Shown here: positions 41,519 through 55,924 of the stretch, in pieces
Layout of the letters: each line of letters begins with the position of its first letter
Numbering within the stretch: the stretch's first letter is position 1
Assembly: GCA_013239625.1 (NCBI GenBank)
Contig: MU053994.1
Coordinates: 3,291,589-3,355,588, forward strand
Direction of reading: 5' to 3'
Origin: Lama guanicoe
Lineage: Eukaryota
DNA: 64,000 nt
Position numbers and translations under genes: made by a program
The notes under the pieces: generated by a model
What the model was told of the DNA's origin: nothing
Databases searched by the model: none
What the model saw: the letters and a program-made list of their open reading frames with translations, nothing else

Positions 41519-43549
41519 CTAGGAGGAAGGCAGCATATGGACAAACAACAAACAGTATGATTTTAGAGCAAGCAGGTTATCAAGCCACAGGTGGGCCCAA
41601 CAGATGAGCCACAAGAAGCATGGTCTCTTAGCTGAGCCCAAAGTGAGCCCTTGGGTTTGGTGAGCACGCTCTCTGAGTTCTGATTCTGACTTCTTTGATT
41701 TGAAATATGAGCACAGAATATTTCCACTTTGAGTTATAAAGTAACAAAGCAACAATACATTGTTTATCTTAAGATTAAACTTAATAGATTCTAGAGAATG
41801 TATAATGGACTAATTTCAGTAATCAAAATAGGAAAAAAACTCTTACATAACAATTATTTTACAATGTAAACAGCATACCTTAAACAGTTAGACTCTTCCT
41901 TAGATGACGAATTGGAACACAGATTCGTTTTCAATTTTTTTTTTAAATTAAAATTGTGATTTGGAATAGAATTTGAGGGGACCAAAATAAGATTGCCAAC
42001 TTTAAACTTTGTCAAGCGAGCTCATTAAGAAAAGAATTTTAACTACCTACCATTTATTATCATTTCATAGAAAGAACAGAAAAGGCATTATTTAAGGATG
42101 AAAAACAGTCCAACTCAAGAAAGGACAGTTGGTGACACTACACTGGTTCTCTCGCTAACTCCTCCTTCCCCACCCCCACACCCCTGTCCTATGAGCACCT
42201 GCTGTATGATCGTTTTTCTCTTTTTGACATGGGTTTGGAAGAACTTTCAGGTAAAGATGAGAAGTGCTTTGTGTTTTGTATTGTAAAACAAACCCATACA
42301 AATTTAAACAGAAAGACAGTGGAAATGATAATGGTGGGAACTTAAAATAAATGATGCAGAATTAAAGAACTAGAATTAAACAGAGAAGAATTTAGGCTTG
42401 AAAATTAATGAAAATATTAAAAATAAAGATACATTTAAAAATGAAAATATAGATGTGTTAATTTATGAAAGTGGAAACCTCTTATGCAAGTCTACACAAA
42501 ATACAATAGGCTTTCAGCAACTAACCATACAACCAATCCTGTTAGTTGCAGAAAAGGGAATTTGCAGCAGGTAGACATCTGATAAATAACGCTGACAGTA
42601 GTGACAATGCCTCCCTTTAAATGGCTTAGTATTAAAAGCTGATTTTAGGAACCTATGAAAAATTCCTGATTGCTATGTGAAATTGAGGAAAATAGAATTT
42701 TTTCCAAACATTTCCCGTCATTGACGTCTGACTATATAAAAATTTCCTCTTCATTTAGGGTAGGTAATGAGACATGCACACTGTATAATAATTCTACCTT
42801 TTATTTGTAGCAGCTAGACAGTACCATTTTAAACTATTGTAGATACATCTTACACATCAAATGAAGATACAGACTGCTTGAAAGATCACTAAGATGCAGA
42901 AATTTTAGAAGAAAGAAAAAAGAAGAAATAGGGTGTGACTGCAGGAAAGGGAAGCAAAAAGGAATGCAAAATTACAAACAACTAATTTGAGGGCTTGCAG
43001 GCTACCCGTAAGACAGTGCAAGAAATTTCTTTTTTGTTTAAAAAGTAAGTACTGTATCAGAAACTATTTGAACCATACCACTTAGAGATTGTACTGAAAA
43101 AACAGAAAAAATTGGGTAATACAAATGTATTTAATAGAAAATAAGTACGTCTATAACTATAGACAATTCCTTTCCCTGAAAGAAAAATCCAGCTCTTTAC
43201 AGAAAGGAATACTTAAGAGCTCATTAAACTCTTGTTTTAGAAGAGGTAAATATTAAGAGGTAACATTAAAGATTAGCTCTATGAAGCTGTTGCAAGGACC
43301 ATCCTGCTCCTTAGGCCCATTTCTAAAGATGAAAATGGTATTAGAGATCTTGACCTAAAATCTCTAAATATATTCCAAGTATGTGACTATATCATGTAGT
43401 CACAGGACAACATAAAACCGTTACAAGATCCAGTTGCCCTAGATAGGGTTGACTGTGGTGACAGAGGAAAGAAGTTCCTGTTAACAACAAGAAAAAGTGA
43501 CAAAATGGAAGGAACGAGATGAACTGGAAGAAGACAAGACAGGCATGAA

Positions 43550-43565
43550 GCAACAGGGGGCGCTG
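43550..43565 (+). promoter_or_regulatory. CTCF-like motif
   Basis: GCAACAGGGGGCGCTG. Confidence 0.5.
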
Positions 43566-43850
43566 GGGAACATACCTATGACACAACTACGGCCTGGCCT
43601 TTCAAGTGCTAATAAGGGTCCTGGATAATTACCAAGTCAGCACAAGAGGAAAACAGTAAGTTCTTCTCCTCAGAGTCCTTCCCTCGGACTCCCATTCATG
43701 TATGTTTTTGGAAATCACCTTCACTCAAAAGAGGAAGATTCACATCCCAAATGGCAAAGGTCAAAATGAGGAACTATGCAGCTGCTGGAATGGGAAATCT
43801 GATCCTGTTCTTTTGCACAAGGTATAAGCACAAACCAATCTGTAAGAAAC

Positions 43851-43872
43851 TGTGTGTGTGTGTGTGTGTGTG
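43851..43872. repeat. (TG)11 microsatellite
   Basis: Read directly. Confidence 0.9.
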
Positions 43873-44910
43873 AGCGTGTATGTGGAGCAGAGGCAAGAAG
43901 TCTAAATACTGACAAATGCTCACGGTTCCAACATGCAAGAAGCATAAGCACATCCCTTCTTCCTATGCTACTAACTGTGAAGGACAAACAACTCATGCTT
44001 TAGGAAGGGCCCTGGGCCTTGGTTCCAATGATAATACATGAATATTGAATGAGCCAGTTCAAGAGTACAAAGAGCAATCACCAGCACAAAGTCAACTACA
44101 TGACAAACACTGAGTAAATCTAATTAAAGAAAGAAAAGCTGAGGCCAGAGGACATATGATGTAGGAGTTAAGTAAATAAAAACATAAATAAAAAATTAAA
44201 ACCTTTAACACACATACATGCATTTATGTGTACATACAAATGGGGCCTATGTACTTTTAGTAAGTAACCCTTGAGAATACCTCACAGGTAAGACTGAAAT
44301 ATGAGCATTTTATAAAGCAATTTTGTGAACTCTAGTGTGTTTTTCCAGGAGTACCTATATACATTTCATCAAATAGGTAATTCTTCTATGTTCTTCTCTC
44401 TTGAATGCTTGTAGACACGGGATATAGACTTTATAAAAGAGAAGAACCTGTAAATTGTTTCAAGAGACAATTCGCAAGACAGCTTCATGTTGAAAAGATT
44501 CAATTAAAAGCAGTGTTGTCCCAAAGTTCGATCTGCTATGGTTGACATGGGGAAAATCTCACATCAGAAGTTTTTGTTGAGGTAGAAGGTAAGCAGACAG
44601 ATTCAAAAAGCCTGACTACAAATGTTGGATTGGATGAAGTGCAATGTTGAATCTGGAGTGGGGAAAGGGGAAGAAGTATTTTGAGATATTAAAAAAAAAG
44701 TGAAATGCTGGTTTGGAGCAGTAAGGGAAAGCAACTTTGGCATTAAAATGAAAAGGAACCAGACGCAAGTGGATGGAATTTGGCTGCTGACAAACTTCTT
44801 TAGAATTCCTTGGAGGATCTGACTAGGTTCATGGAAAAAGTTTATTCATAATGGAAGAGAAAGGATGTAGACATCAAAGGATTCACACTGGTGAATGAAT
44901 GAATGATTCA

Positions 44911-45015
<105 letters not shown>

Positions 45016-47165
45016 CTAAAGTAAAGAGATGAAACATATTATTAAAACAAACATCTAAATACAAAAAGTTAATTAACCAATGGTTATTTAAGAATTAATC
45101 AGAAAGTAAAATATATAGGAGAGGATAGCCAAAAGAGAGGTGGTTTTTAATAATTTTGGATTCCTTTAGATAAGTCACATATGCATATACCAGAATAAGA
45201 GTGCTGGGGAACGCAAAAGTATATGAAACCACTTCTACCTTGAACTCAAACATCTACTAGACAATGGAATAATCTGCAGTTACCATAAAACAATGCTGCA
45301 GAAGAATGTTACTAAAATGGAAAGATGCTTGTGATGAATTACACACAAAAAAAGATTTAAAAACAATCTATAGCATGATCTCATTTTTGAAAAAAAGTTA
45401 ACACAGATATAAAAGACATATATCAAAATGCTAATAGTATTAATTATCCCTGGGTAGTAGGAATATGAGTTATTTTTCCTTTTTAAAATCTTTTTTTCCC
45501 TTTTTTGTTATTAACAATGAATATGTGTTAGTCTTATACAGTAATTCTCAAACAGGCCACATAGTTGAATCCAATTCATATGACTCTTTTAAAGCACATG
45601 CATAGTCTTCGCTGATTCCTGGTTGAGAATCACTGTCATACTGAGTGCATGGCATCCCTTAGGATGGTTGGGTAGAAAATGGTTGGGAATTATTGTTTAA
45701 GCAACAAGAAGAACGATAAGTTATTTTGTAAAAGTGTTCAATTATGTGACCATTAGGCATAGGTCTGTGTTCCTTGGCTTTGTCCAGTTTTTGTCTGCAT
45801 GACCCTCCTTGAGTTAGTCATTTAACCTCTTGAGGTTTTCTCATGTGTAAAGTGAGGATATTAAAACCAATATACCTTACGTGACTGTCAAAAGTCATAA
45901 TGTTTATGAAAGTGCTTTGCAAACTATAAAGTATTTTGTAAATGCAACTTATTACCGACCCTATTAATATGTAGCTAGAACATGAGCACAGCCTTCGCTG
46001 CTCCTGGTAGACCTGCCCATTTAGGGAGTCTCAGTATCAAATCACTAATAAAGTGGTCTAAATATAAAGTAGTCTAAGTCTAAATTTTAAACATTGAACT
46101 CCTGGATTTTTCTGAAAAGAAAGATCAATATTTTGTGTATGTAGTTATTTATTAACTATTATCAACAATTGTAACAATAAATTACTAATAATTATGAACA
46201 ATTCTAATACTGTATTAATAGAAACATATTTCTAAAAGGGTCATTTTTGGGGGGGGGGTCCACATTAGGGTTTCCTTCTACAAATATAAATTGAAAAAAG
46301 AGATAGACTACAGAAAGGGAAGAGCCAAAAAAACAGAGAAGTAATCTTGATGATATTACTCCAGGCAACTTTTTAGATTTCCAAAAGTCCAGGGTTAACA
46401 CATGAGAACTCCTTATGCAGAATTTTATCATCAGCTACGAAGATGAAAAAAATAGTACTGAATGTTGAGTTCTTCTTTCTACAGTAGAAGCTTATTTCAC
46501 TTTACATATTACACATGTTCCCTAAACGCTGGGTGAGAATGGAATTTTATATATCAAATCATTTGCTTCCCACACATTGAAACTAAAATTTTAGAGATGC
46601 TGTATTTTTATTTCCAAATGAAGTTCTTAATATGTTAGTTTCATGTTTCAAGGCCCGTTCTAGCTACTACTATAAAAAAGATTTAGAAATATGTATACTA
46701 GGAAAGCTCTATTTAAAAGAGCCCTGAGAGGTAAATTCTTTTGAGATAATAGTAGCAAGTTCCTAATTTATCTGTCTTATGGCTAGCAGTTTTGGTTATT
46801 TAGTTCTTTAAACTCAGCTACTGCACATGGTTAAGATATTCAATGCAAAGCTATTACGTAAAATGGCAAAAAGGTTCCACAAGAGTTTATGGATTTATAG
46901 AATTTTATTAGAGTTTGAGAGTCACCCTTCGAGATGATTCATTCTAAGAGACTCATTTTGCAGATGAGAACACTGAGGTCCAGAAACTTAGCAACCTATG
47001 AAGGTTGCTGCCAACTTAGAGATAGAATCAAGTGTAGACAGTAATATGTGATTCAGATGTATTGAAGAATAAAGTATTTCATATTTCTTGCACACAAAAA
47101 AAGAAAGAGTAGACAGAATTGAGGTCTTCTGACTACTCTCCCCAGTTCAAGGGTTTTTACTATAC

Positions 47166-47420
47166 CAGGAGTCATACATCTTTTTCTGTAAAGGGCCAGA
47201 CAGTAAATATTTCAGGCTTGCAAGGCATGTGGTCTCCGTTACAACTATTCACCTCTGTCATTTAGCATGAAAGCAGCCAGACAATATATAGATGAATGTA
47301 CATCACTGTGTTCCAATAAAACTTTACATATAAAAACAGAAATATAGATGTATTAATTTATGGAAGCGTAAAGTGCTTATGTGAGAGCTTTGGCTCCCAG
47401 ACTATAGTTTGCCAACCTCT
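47166..47420. mobile_element. MER58A-like DNA transposon with a short foreign insert
   Basis: tttttctgtaaagggccagacagtaaatatttcaggctt...ccaataaaacttta...tagtttgccaacc. Confidence 0.75.
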
Positions 47421-49122
47421 CTACTACACTACACTATTGCTATTGAAGAGCCTGTGGGTATAACACAAACATAAAACCAGAGCTTATACAAGTAGTTCTT
47501 CAAAGTTCCCAGTTTATTAAATCCTTGATAGAGAAGCTTTCTATCTACTTTAGTTTAGAAGATACACTTTAGTAAGTTTTGAGAGTGAAACGAAACAATT
47601 TTGAGTTAAGAAGACTATTCATAATCTGTTAAGATAATTAAAAATAAAGATGCAATTTTCTACTAAGCAAATTAACCTAGAAAGGAGAAGGCAGATTCTA
47701 AATCCAAAGAAAAAGGGAACTACAAGTAATTAAGTTCAATCATAACTGTAGTTAATATGTCAAACATCCAAATGAAATGCTCCTTGCCAGATGATTCTGT
47801 GTTTCATTTAAGGAAGTGGAGAACAAACAAAATGGTTAGCTCAGACTTCTGCTAAATTAAACTACTGTATGCACTTAAGGAAGTAACAAAGTTATTAAGG
47901 AACAGGAGAGCTGAACACAGATGAAACACTGACTTGAAGACAGAGCCAAAAGCCAATATCTCCTTTCTGGTGCCCTCTAACTGATCTCCATGAAGTTTGA
48001 CAGGCACAAGGGCAGGGAGGTACACTTCAAAAAGTTTAAATACAAAACAGACAAGTATGAGATGTAGGGTATTGGCTTTGTACCCAAGTGGCAAGATAAG
48101 GCATAATATTTTGTGATATACTGAGGGAGCAAAACCTATCACAGGGACATACAAACACAAGTGAGAGAAGAATTTGAGAGAGGATCGTCTTACTAGGCTT
48201 TAGAACCCTGAACTCAAAACCCTACGAAGGGTGGAGAATCTGGAGAGGTTGAGGCTGAACAGAGGTGACCAAAAGGCTAGAAAATCATTTGGAGGTAGAA
48301 ATGTTCAAGGATTTGGGTAGATTACATGTAAGAACTAGGCCCTAGATGACAATGAGGTAAGATCATTGATTAAATCAGAACCTCCCATCTCTCTCCATCC
48401 AGTCACAACCCAAGTTATTCAATTTAGTCAGCAGAGCCTATGATACTTAAGCATAATCTAAACACAAGTCTAAAACATGGAATTTCATAATTAAGTCAGG
48501 ACATGACTAAAGGAGTCTGTGCTGTCTTCTCTGAAGAAGATTAAAAATGAGACTTGTAGTAGATATGGCTATATTCAAGAGCAACTGCATGCAATAGGTA
48601 TCTGAGGAATCCTTTTGGGTCTGTGTATAAGTATTTTATAAAGATAGTCTTTTAATGTATATAATAACTTTCAAAAGCTAGACTTCCTAACTTAGGAAGT
48701 AATAAATTCTGTATTTCAGAATCAGAAATTAATAGAATTACTTTGTAAAATATAGGAAGATCAAAATCATGTCAATTATTATTTATGTAACTGTTCACAC
48801 CAGAATAACAGTTTTCAGTTTTTAGAATTGACAGTGCCTTTTGGATAAAAGATTTACTTACTGCTCTGAATAGCCGGAGCCCACATCCATTCTGCTAACT
48901 TCCTGCCTCTGAGCAAACTGTCACTACAGGAGAGGACTGTATGTAAACGCTGGCTTTCATTAGAGCACAAAGGTCCTTGATAAATCCTTAGGTTAGCTCT
49001 TGTGGAATTGATAGAAGGGGGAAGGTTGCCAAGAGGCAGCTAATTAGAGCTTCCTGGCTGACCTCTCAAAAGGTGCTGTTTAGGTGTACTGTTACTTTTG
49101 GAGGTGCCAAGACTCCAGACAG

Positions 49123-49340
49123 CAGTGCTATGCAATAGAACTTTCCATGACGGTGGAAATGTTCTATACTCGTACTGTCCAATACAGTAGCCACCAGCCC
49201 ATGTGGTATTTAGCACTTGAAATGTGGCTAGTGTAACTGAGAAATCAAATTTTAAATTTTATTTAATAGTAATTAATCAAAATTAAAATTTAAGTAGCCA
49301 TATGTGCCTAATGGTTATTGTATTGGATAGTGCAGCTCTG
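49123..49340. mobile_element. MER3-like DNA transposon
   Basis: caatagaactttccatgacggtggaaatgttcta...gcacttgaaatgtggctagtg. Confidence 0.8.
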
Positions 49341-50869
49341 TAAAGTACTACAAACAGCATTCCTAAACAACCTTTTTCTAGTTCCGCAAAAAGCAGGAAC
49401 CCAAGAGACCAACTGGTAAGTCAGAGAAGTATGCAGCCTACAGTTTTGCAATCTGCAAAATCAGTAAGGGAAAATTGTAGGAAGTTATCAGAAATCTCCC
49501 TCAATTTCTATATATACAAATAATAAATGGTTTTATCCGCTACACCGAGAACTCACCATTTCCTGAACGGACTGCAATCAACTTACAAATACAGAATGTT
49601 GCTTCTATTTATATAGAATTTCTTTGACATACTTCACTATAGGGAAATTTGCTTTCTGGAGGTAGAAATAATTCAATGAAGCAGAGGATGGTTTCTAGGA
49701 CAGATTCCCTCCTGAGCCTTTTCCCTAGACAAACAAGCTCAGACACCCGCAGACATCCCCCTAACCCTTTCCCCCACCATGCCCCCCTTGCTCAGTAACT
49801 CCAAGCAGATGGCACCCATGGTTAGAGCACAGGTGTGCCTCCTTAAGAGACACATACCTATAGGAGACAGATTTTCCAGACAGCCCAGATCAACAGTCTG
49901 TCCCATGCATCCTAATATTCAGTCTGAACAAATATGGTCCTCATACCTAGTCCAGTGCTCAGGTCTATGTAGTTTGTAAAGGAAGTTTTGCTTCTAGAGG
50001 ATTTTTAAAAACCTTAGTATTGAAATTCTAGAGCTCAGTATGAAATAAAAGGAGAAAACTCAACATATGAAATGTCTGATTGCCAAAATGGGGAAAGAAA
50101 CTTTCCATCATCATTCACAGATGGAAAGTCAAATAATGAAAGGAAAATAAAAAGAAGTGTGTGGTAATTCAAATCACACGTAGGGTTCTATAAACTTTTT
50201 AAATCTATAGTTCGAAAGATAGTCTGAAAATGATGTTAACACTTTATTACTGTCCAAATAATTTTCTCATTAGGATTTGTTGTCTCCTGAATCCTACTGA
50301 AGAGGTTAAATGCCAATACGAATGTATGATTATGGAAAGGAACAATTTCTGATTGTTGAGTACTGATACTATTATAACCAATAATGAGAAGTAGTCTTGA
50401 AATTTCAAGAGAGTAAAATGAATAATGCTTTATATTCTCGCATAAAACAGTTTCACAAAACTTTCAGAATGAGAAAAAGGTTCAACTGCAAAAATAATAA
50501 ACTCACTCCCAAAAATACATTAAAATTTATTCTAACAGGTATAAGCCTTTTGGAAGGCAAGTTATTTATAGAGATCAGAAATCTGAAATACATGTATATA
50601 CTCTGATGCCATCAATTCCAGTAGCAACAATGAATTTGCCCTAAGAATATAATCAGAGGTGTAAAAAGACTTATTAATGAGAATAAAGCCAATGCAACAG
50701 TATTTATAGCTGTGGAAAACTGGAAGCAATGGCCATGTCCACCAGCTGGTTAATCAAATTACGAAATGTACTGTGATGGAATTTTGCAGAATTATTACAA
50801 GTTTGTGCTTTAATGACTCTCAATAAGGTTAACTTATCAGAATCACTCATGGGCTTTTTCAATAAACAC

Positions 50870-51832
50870 TAGTCTAGTTCCAAAACATCCTCATCATCCC
50901 CGCACACCCATAAAAGTCCCTATACCCGTTAAGCAGTCACTACCCAGTGCCTGGCAATCACAAGTTTGCTTTCTGTCTCTATGGACTTAACACACATGAA
51001 GACCTATTCTAGATATTGGAAATACATAGACTCCTCCAATATGTGACCTTTTATATCTTTTATTGCATGTTGATATCCAATTGTCCCAGCATCATTTTTT
51101 GAAAAGACTGTTCCTTCCCCATTGAATTGTTTTGGCACTTTTGTTGAAAATCAACTGATCATAAATATAAGAATTTATTCCTGGACTCTAAATTCACACC
51201 GATACACATGTCTAACCCTATATGATGCCAGTACCACAGAGTCCTGATAACTATAGCTTTATAGTGTTAAAATTGGAAAATATAAGTCCTCCAACTTTGT
51301 TCTTTTTTTAACAGATTGTTTTGGCCATCCTTGGTCCTCTGCATTTCCATGTAAATTTTAGGATCAGTTTGTCAGTTTCTGCTAAAGCTTTGATAGGGAT
51401 TGTGTTGAATCTACACATCAATTTGGAAAGAATTGCCATGTGAACAATAGTGAGTTTTCCAATCCAAGAACATTAAATATCTCATTTATTTAGATCATCT
51501 TTAATTTCTCTCAGCAATGTGAGCTTACAAGTCTTTAAATTCTTTCGTTAAATTTATTCTTAGGTATTTCATTCTTTTTGATGCTTTTGTGAAAGGAACT
51601 GTTTCTTAATTTCAAGATTATTCATTGCTCACATACATATGTATATAGAAACACAATTCAATTTTGTATACTGATCTTGTATTTTGTGACCTTACTTAAG
51701 TTGCTATTTTTAATAGATTGTTGCAGATTCTTTAAAATCTTCTATATACAGGATCATGTCATCTGTAAACAAAGTCAGCTTTACTTTCTCTCCAATCTGA
51801 ATGCCTTTTATTTTGGTTTTTGGCTTGACTGT
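50870..51832 (-). mobile_element. Old L1 fragments
   Basis: Antisense ORF2-like text (tttaggatcagtttgtc...gatagggattgtgttgaatcta). Confidence 0.8.
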
Positions 51833-53607
51833 ACTAGAGCCTGAGAATTTGTATTTTTAGTAAGTTCCCAGGTAATGCTGATGCTGCTGGTCTAGTGATC
51901 CCCCTTGGAGGGCCACTGCTGTAAAGAATGTGTATCACATGATGAGGAAAAGTCATAGTAATAATATATCATGTGATAGAGGAAAGTAATGGAAAGGAAG
52001 TGAATATTATATCACAAGTATAAGATCCTCTTTCTAGATACTGTGAAGGAAAAAGATGATCAAAATGGACAAAAAAATCTAAGCATAATTATTTTGGAAC
52101 AAATACATAAATAGAGATTATCCAGTGAACTTTTGGTGTCCTATACATTTTTGGAAAGTCTTTAAAAATCTCAAAAATGTTAATGATATCAGTGACTGGG
52201 AAAAAGCTAAGATGCAATGGAGCATTCGTTTAGGAATTACAGTTGTTTATAAATACTGACCATATCAAAGATACTAAATATTAAAATAATAATACAACAG
52301 TAACAATAAAATGTTAATAGAAAATACTCTCTATGGAGCACTTATGACTGCCAGGTACTGTTCTAACTGCTATAATATATTAACTCATTAAATCCTTACA
52401 TCCTTATGACTTAGCCATTATCATTATCCCCATTTTACAGATAAGGAAATTGAGGCACATTCAAATAAACTGTTCAAGGCTACACAGCTAGTAAGTGCCA
52501 GTAGTCAGGATTCACCCAAGGCAATGTAGCTCCAGAGCCCACTCTTTCCTATAATGCTGTACTCCTTTACTTTCTTCTTGCCACTGTCAATAAAAATTTC
52601 CTACTTCTGACTAAGTAACAAAAGCAAGTTTCTTTCTACTGCTTTCTGTGAACTTCTCTTTTAATCACTTCAAAGGAAGCCGTAATAATTTGGTCACTTC
52701 CCACTATTTGAGGAGCTTAAAAACAGTGTTTGGGTAGAAGGATGGTTACCTAGCTGTTCATCTGTGAAAATAAGTTGTGTGGTGGCCTCTGAGAGCCAGG
52801 GAAGTTGCAATCTCTGTGCGAGAAGCTCACAGAAGTGGCAGAATGAGGAGAATGAGTTTCTTGAGGAGGTATAACAAGCCTTAATCAGAGTGGCTGAATT
52901 ACTCAAAGGAATACAGCCTCACCAGAAGCTGAAAAAACCTCAATGTTAACCCTGCTGATGTTCCTAATTCTAGGGTATTTGGTGGGTCTTGAAATTTTAA
53001 ATAGGCCTGTAAAGGGATGTGGTAAATTCACATGACCCTCCTCTGCTGTGACAGCTTGTTCCTGTCCAAATGAATCTTAGTCACCACTTTGGTTATTTTA
53101 GGCCCAAATCTGATTCTGTGGCACTGGGAGAAATATAGCATCTGTTCCTTGTGATGGGGCAAGCCTGAGTCCCATAGTAAAAGGCCTATACTTGGGCCAT
53201 GAAAGGTTCAGCCCCAGACAGGGTAGTATCACATAGGCCAAAGCAACAGAATTAAAAAGACTTTAGGGAAGAACTGAGAAAAAAGTATAATTAATCATTT
53301 CTTTGAGAAAGAAACTAACTTCAAAAATGGCTGACCAAATTTCACTTTGGATAAGATTTTTTTTCTTTTGTAGGCTACACTGGTTCAGGTGTATAGCAAA
53401 GCAAAGAAATGAAAGTCTTGGAAAATTTCTTTGGGCACCATCTCAATAATGGCAGATAAATTAATAACTTTTTTTGCTGAGGATTTTTAAAGTAAATAGA
53501 GAAGAGCCAGTTTGAGCCCCTGACTGAAAAAAAACAACTGAGAGAAAGGCTAAACTGGGAATAATCATCACCAACAGTGACATGTTAGAATTTCTCTTGC
53601 TCTATGG

Positions 53608-53820
53608 TACCATTCTACAATTGAACTTTTTGCAGTAATGGAAATGTCCTATATCTGCACTGTCTGATACAGTAGCCACTAGTCACATATGGTTACGAAC
53701 ACTTGAAATGTGCCAGTGTGACTGAGGAACTGATCTTTTACTTTTATTTAATTTTAATTAATTTATATTTAAATAACTACATGAGGCTAGTGGCTAATAC
53801 GTTGGCCACTTCAGTTCTGT
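53608..53820. mobile_element. MER3-like DNA transposon
   Basis: Similar to the copy at 49123-49340. Confidence 0.75.
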
Positions 53821-54791
53821 AGGATAATATTGTGGCCTATGTAGTTTCCCACAGTTCATACAAATGTTCTTAGAAATCTAGAGTTGAATATAATCATTCA
53901 CATATTTCAGGGGTCGAATAATAATGAATTAATAATATTATTACAACTTATGACATAGCTGAAAATCTTTATGCAGAAAAGTCTTTTAGTTGGCAGGAGT
54001 TAACGTGGCTATGGAGGACAGAGCTCACTTTTAAATAGTAATCAAAGTGAGCCAAACATGAGTTAATTTTAAGACCATAATACAACAGTTTCTTTTATTG
54101 GGGGAAGGGAGGAAATGCTATCCTGTAAGATTTTTGCACAGTGTTGAAAAGATTCCATTATTTTATTTTGGGTCTTTTTCAAAAACCTTTTAAAGTCAAC
54201 TGTGCTCTTCATATGGAGTAATTACTGGGGTTTTTTGGTTATTTATTTATTTATTTGGTGTGGTGGAGGATAGGAAGTGTGATAAAAGGGAGAAAGGTAC
54301 CCTAGGGAGGATAAAGAAAAAGTGAGAAAAGTGATTTGAAAATATTTTCTACTAGACCAAGGGAGTAGGGATTTTTACTGCTTTGTGATGGTTGTTCAAT
54401 CCTAGTTCCAATTCTAGTTTGGTATTGTTTCCACTGAACTAAACTCACATTTTTTGGTCAAAATATTTAAGTTTGAAAAATGTGGCCTAGATTCAAATCC
54501 AACAGCAATGGATAATAATAGCAAATTATTATTTTTAAAGTAATTATATCCCAGCTATGAATTTTAAAGCTAGCACAAATCTAAATCATGGTTAATATTC
54601 CATTTACTATAACTTATTGTTTGGATTTATACTTAGATACTACCTTAAATGATTAAAAAAACTGAAATCTTACTGAAATGATGGCAACTTTTAGAAGAGA
54701 GAATTTAGCCATAAGAAAATAATAGCCAAAACCAGGATAATAAAAACATTATCATCAGCTGTATCTGTCTGGCTTTTAGCTGATTTCTTTA

Positions 54792-54881
<90 letters not shown>

Positions 54882-55709
54882 CTACAAGAGAAGAAAGATA
54901 ACACACAAAACTGTTTTAAAAAGTGAAGAAGCTTAACCTAAAATAAACAATAATGCCCAAATTGGATATGAAGGTCAAAACTTGATAGTAAAACAATTCA
55001 TTTCAAGCCAATAACAAAGGGCTGAAATAATGGGCCGTGTTATTTTCAGATATATATGGCTAGGTGGCTAAAATAATCGTAATTATTATGAAGGTATGAG
55101 GTTACCTCTGACATGATCTTGTCAGGTAAAATGAGCATTTGAAAAATTAACTCCACAACTAATTCAGCATGCTGAGTTGCCAGGAATAACTGAATTTTTA
55201 AAAAAATCAGTTATCTTCAAAACTAGGACAAACTTTTCAAGGCCATCTAATTCAACCATTTCCCCACATGGGATCCCCTTCAATCCCTGATGGATGATCA
55301 TTTTGTTTGACCTTGTTCAAGAGGAGATCATTACTTTCTGGCAGCCCACTACAATTTCAAGAAAGTGAAAAAGTTCTTACTCAGCCTGGGCCTTGTTCTA
55401 TGCAATTGGGATAAACAAGTAATCAAAACCAACACAGATTCTGACCCTCATGCAGCTCATATTCCAGTGGGAGAAGATAAGAAAATACAAAAAAGGTACA
55501 CTATAGAGTACGTTAAAAGCGTTATGGAATAAAGCAAAAAGGCAGAGTAAAGGTATACTGCACTTTAAAAAAGGGTGGTCAAAGTAGGCCTAATTGAGAA
55601 AGTGATGGCCAAAGAGTTGAGAGTGGTCTAGGCATATAGAAAAACTGATGCAAAGACTTCTCAGAGGAGGGAGTGTGCCTGAAATTTTCAATAAATAGCA
55701 AGGAGACTC

Positions 55710-55735
55710 GTGTGTGTGTGTGTGTGTGTGTGTGT
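55710..55735. repeat. (GT)13 microsatellite
   Basis: Read directly. Confidence 0.9.
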
Positions 55736-55924
55736 AGTAAATTCTGGTTGTTGGGTTGAGAATAGACTGGAAGGAGTTAAAAAAAAAAAAAAGGGCAGGG
55801 AGACCAGTTAGAAGATTACTGCAGTAATCCAGGGGAGAGATGATGGTGGATAAAACCAGATGGAAACAATAAAAAGGGTGAAAGAAAGACAGACTCTGAA
55901 TATATTTTTTGTTTTACCGAAAAA

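Noticed and set aside
51933..51978. 11-bp inverted repeat tatcacatgat/atcatgtgata
   Set aside because: Short, AT-rich, with no supporting context
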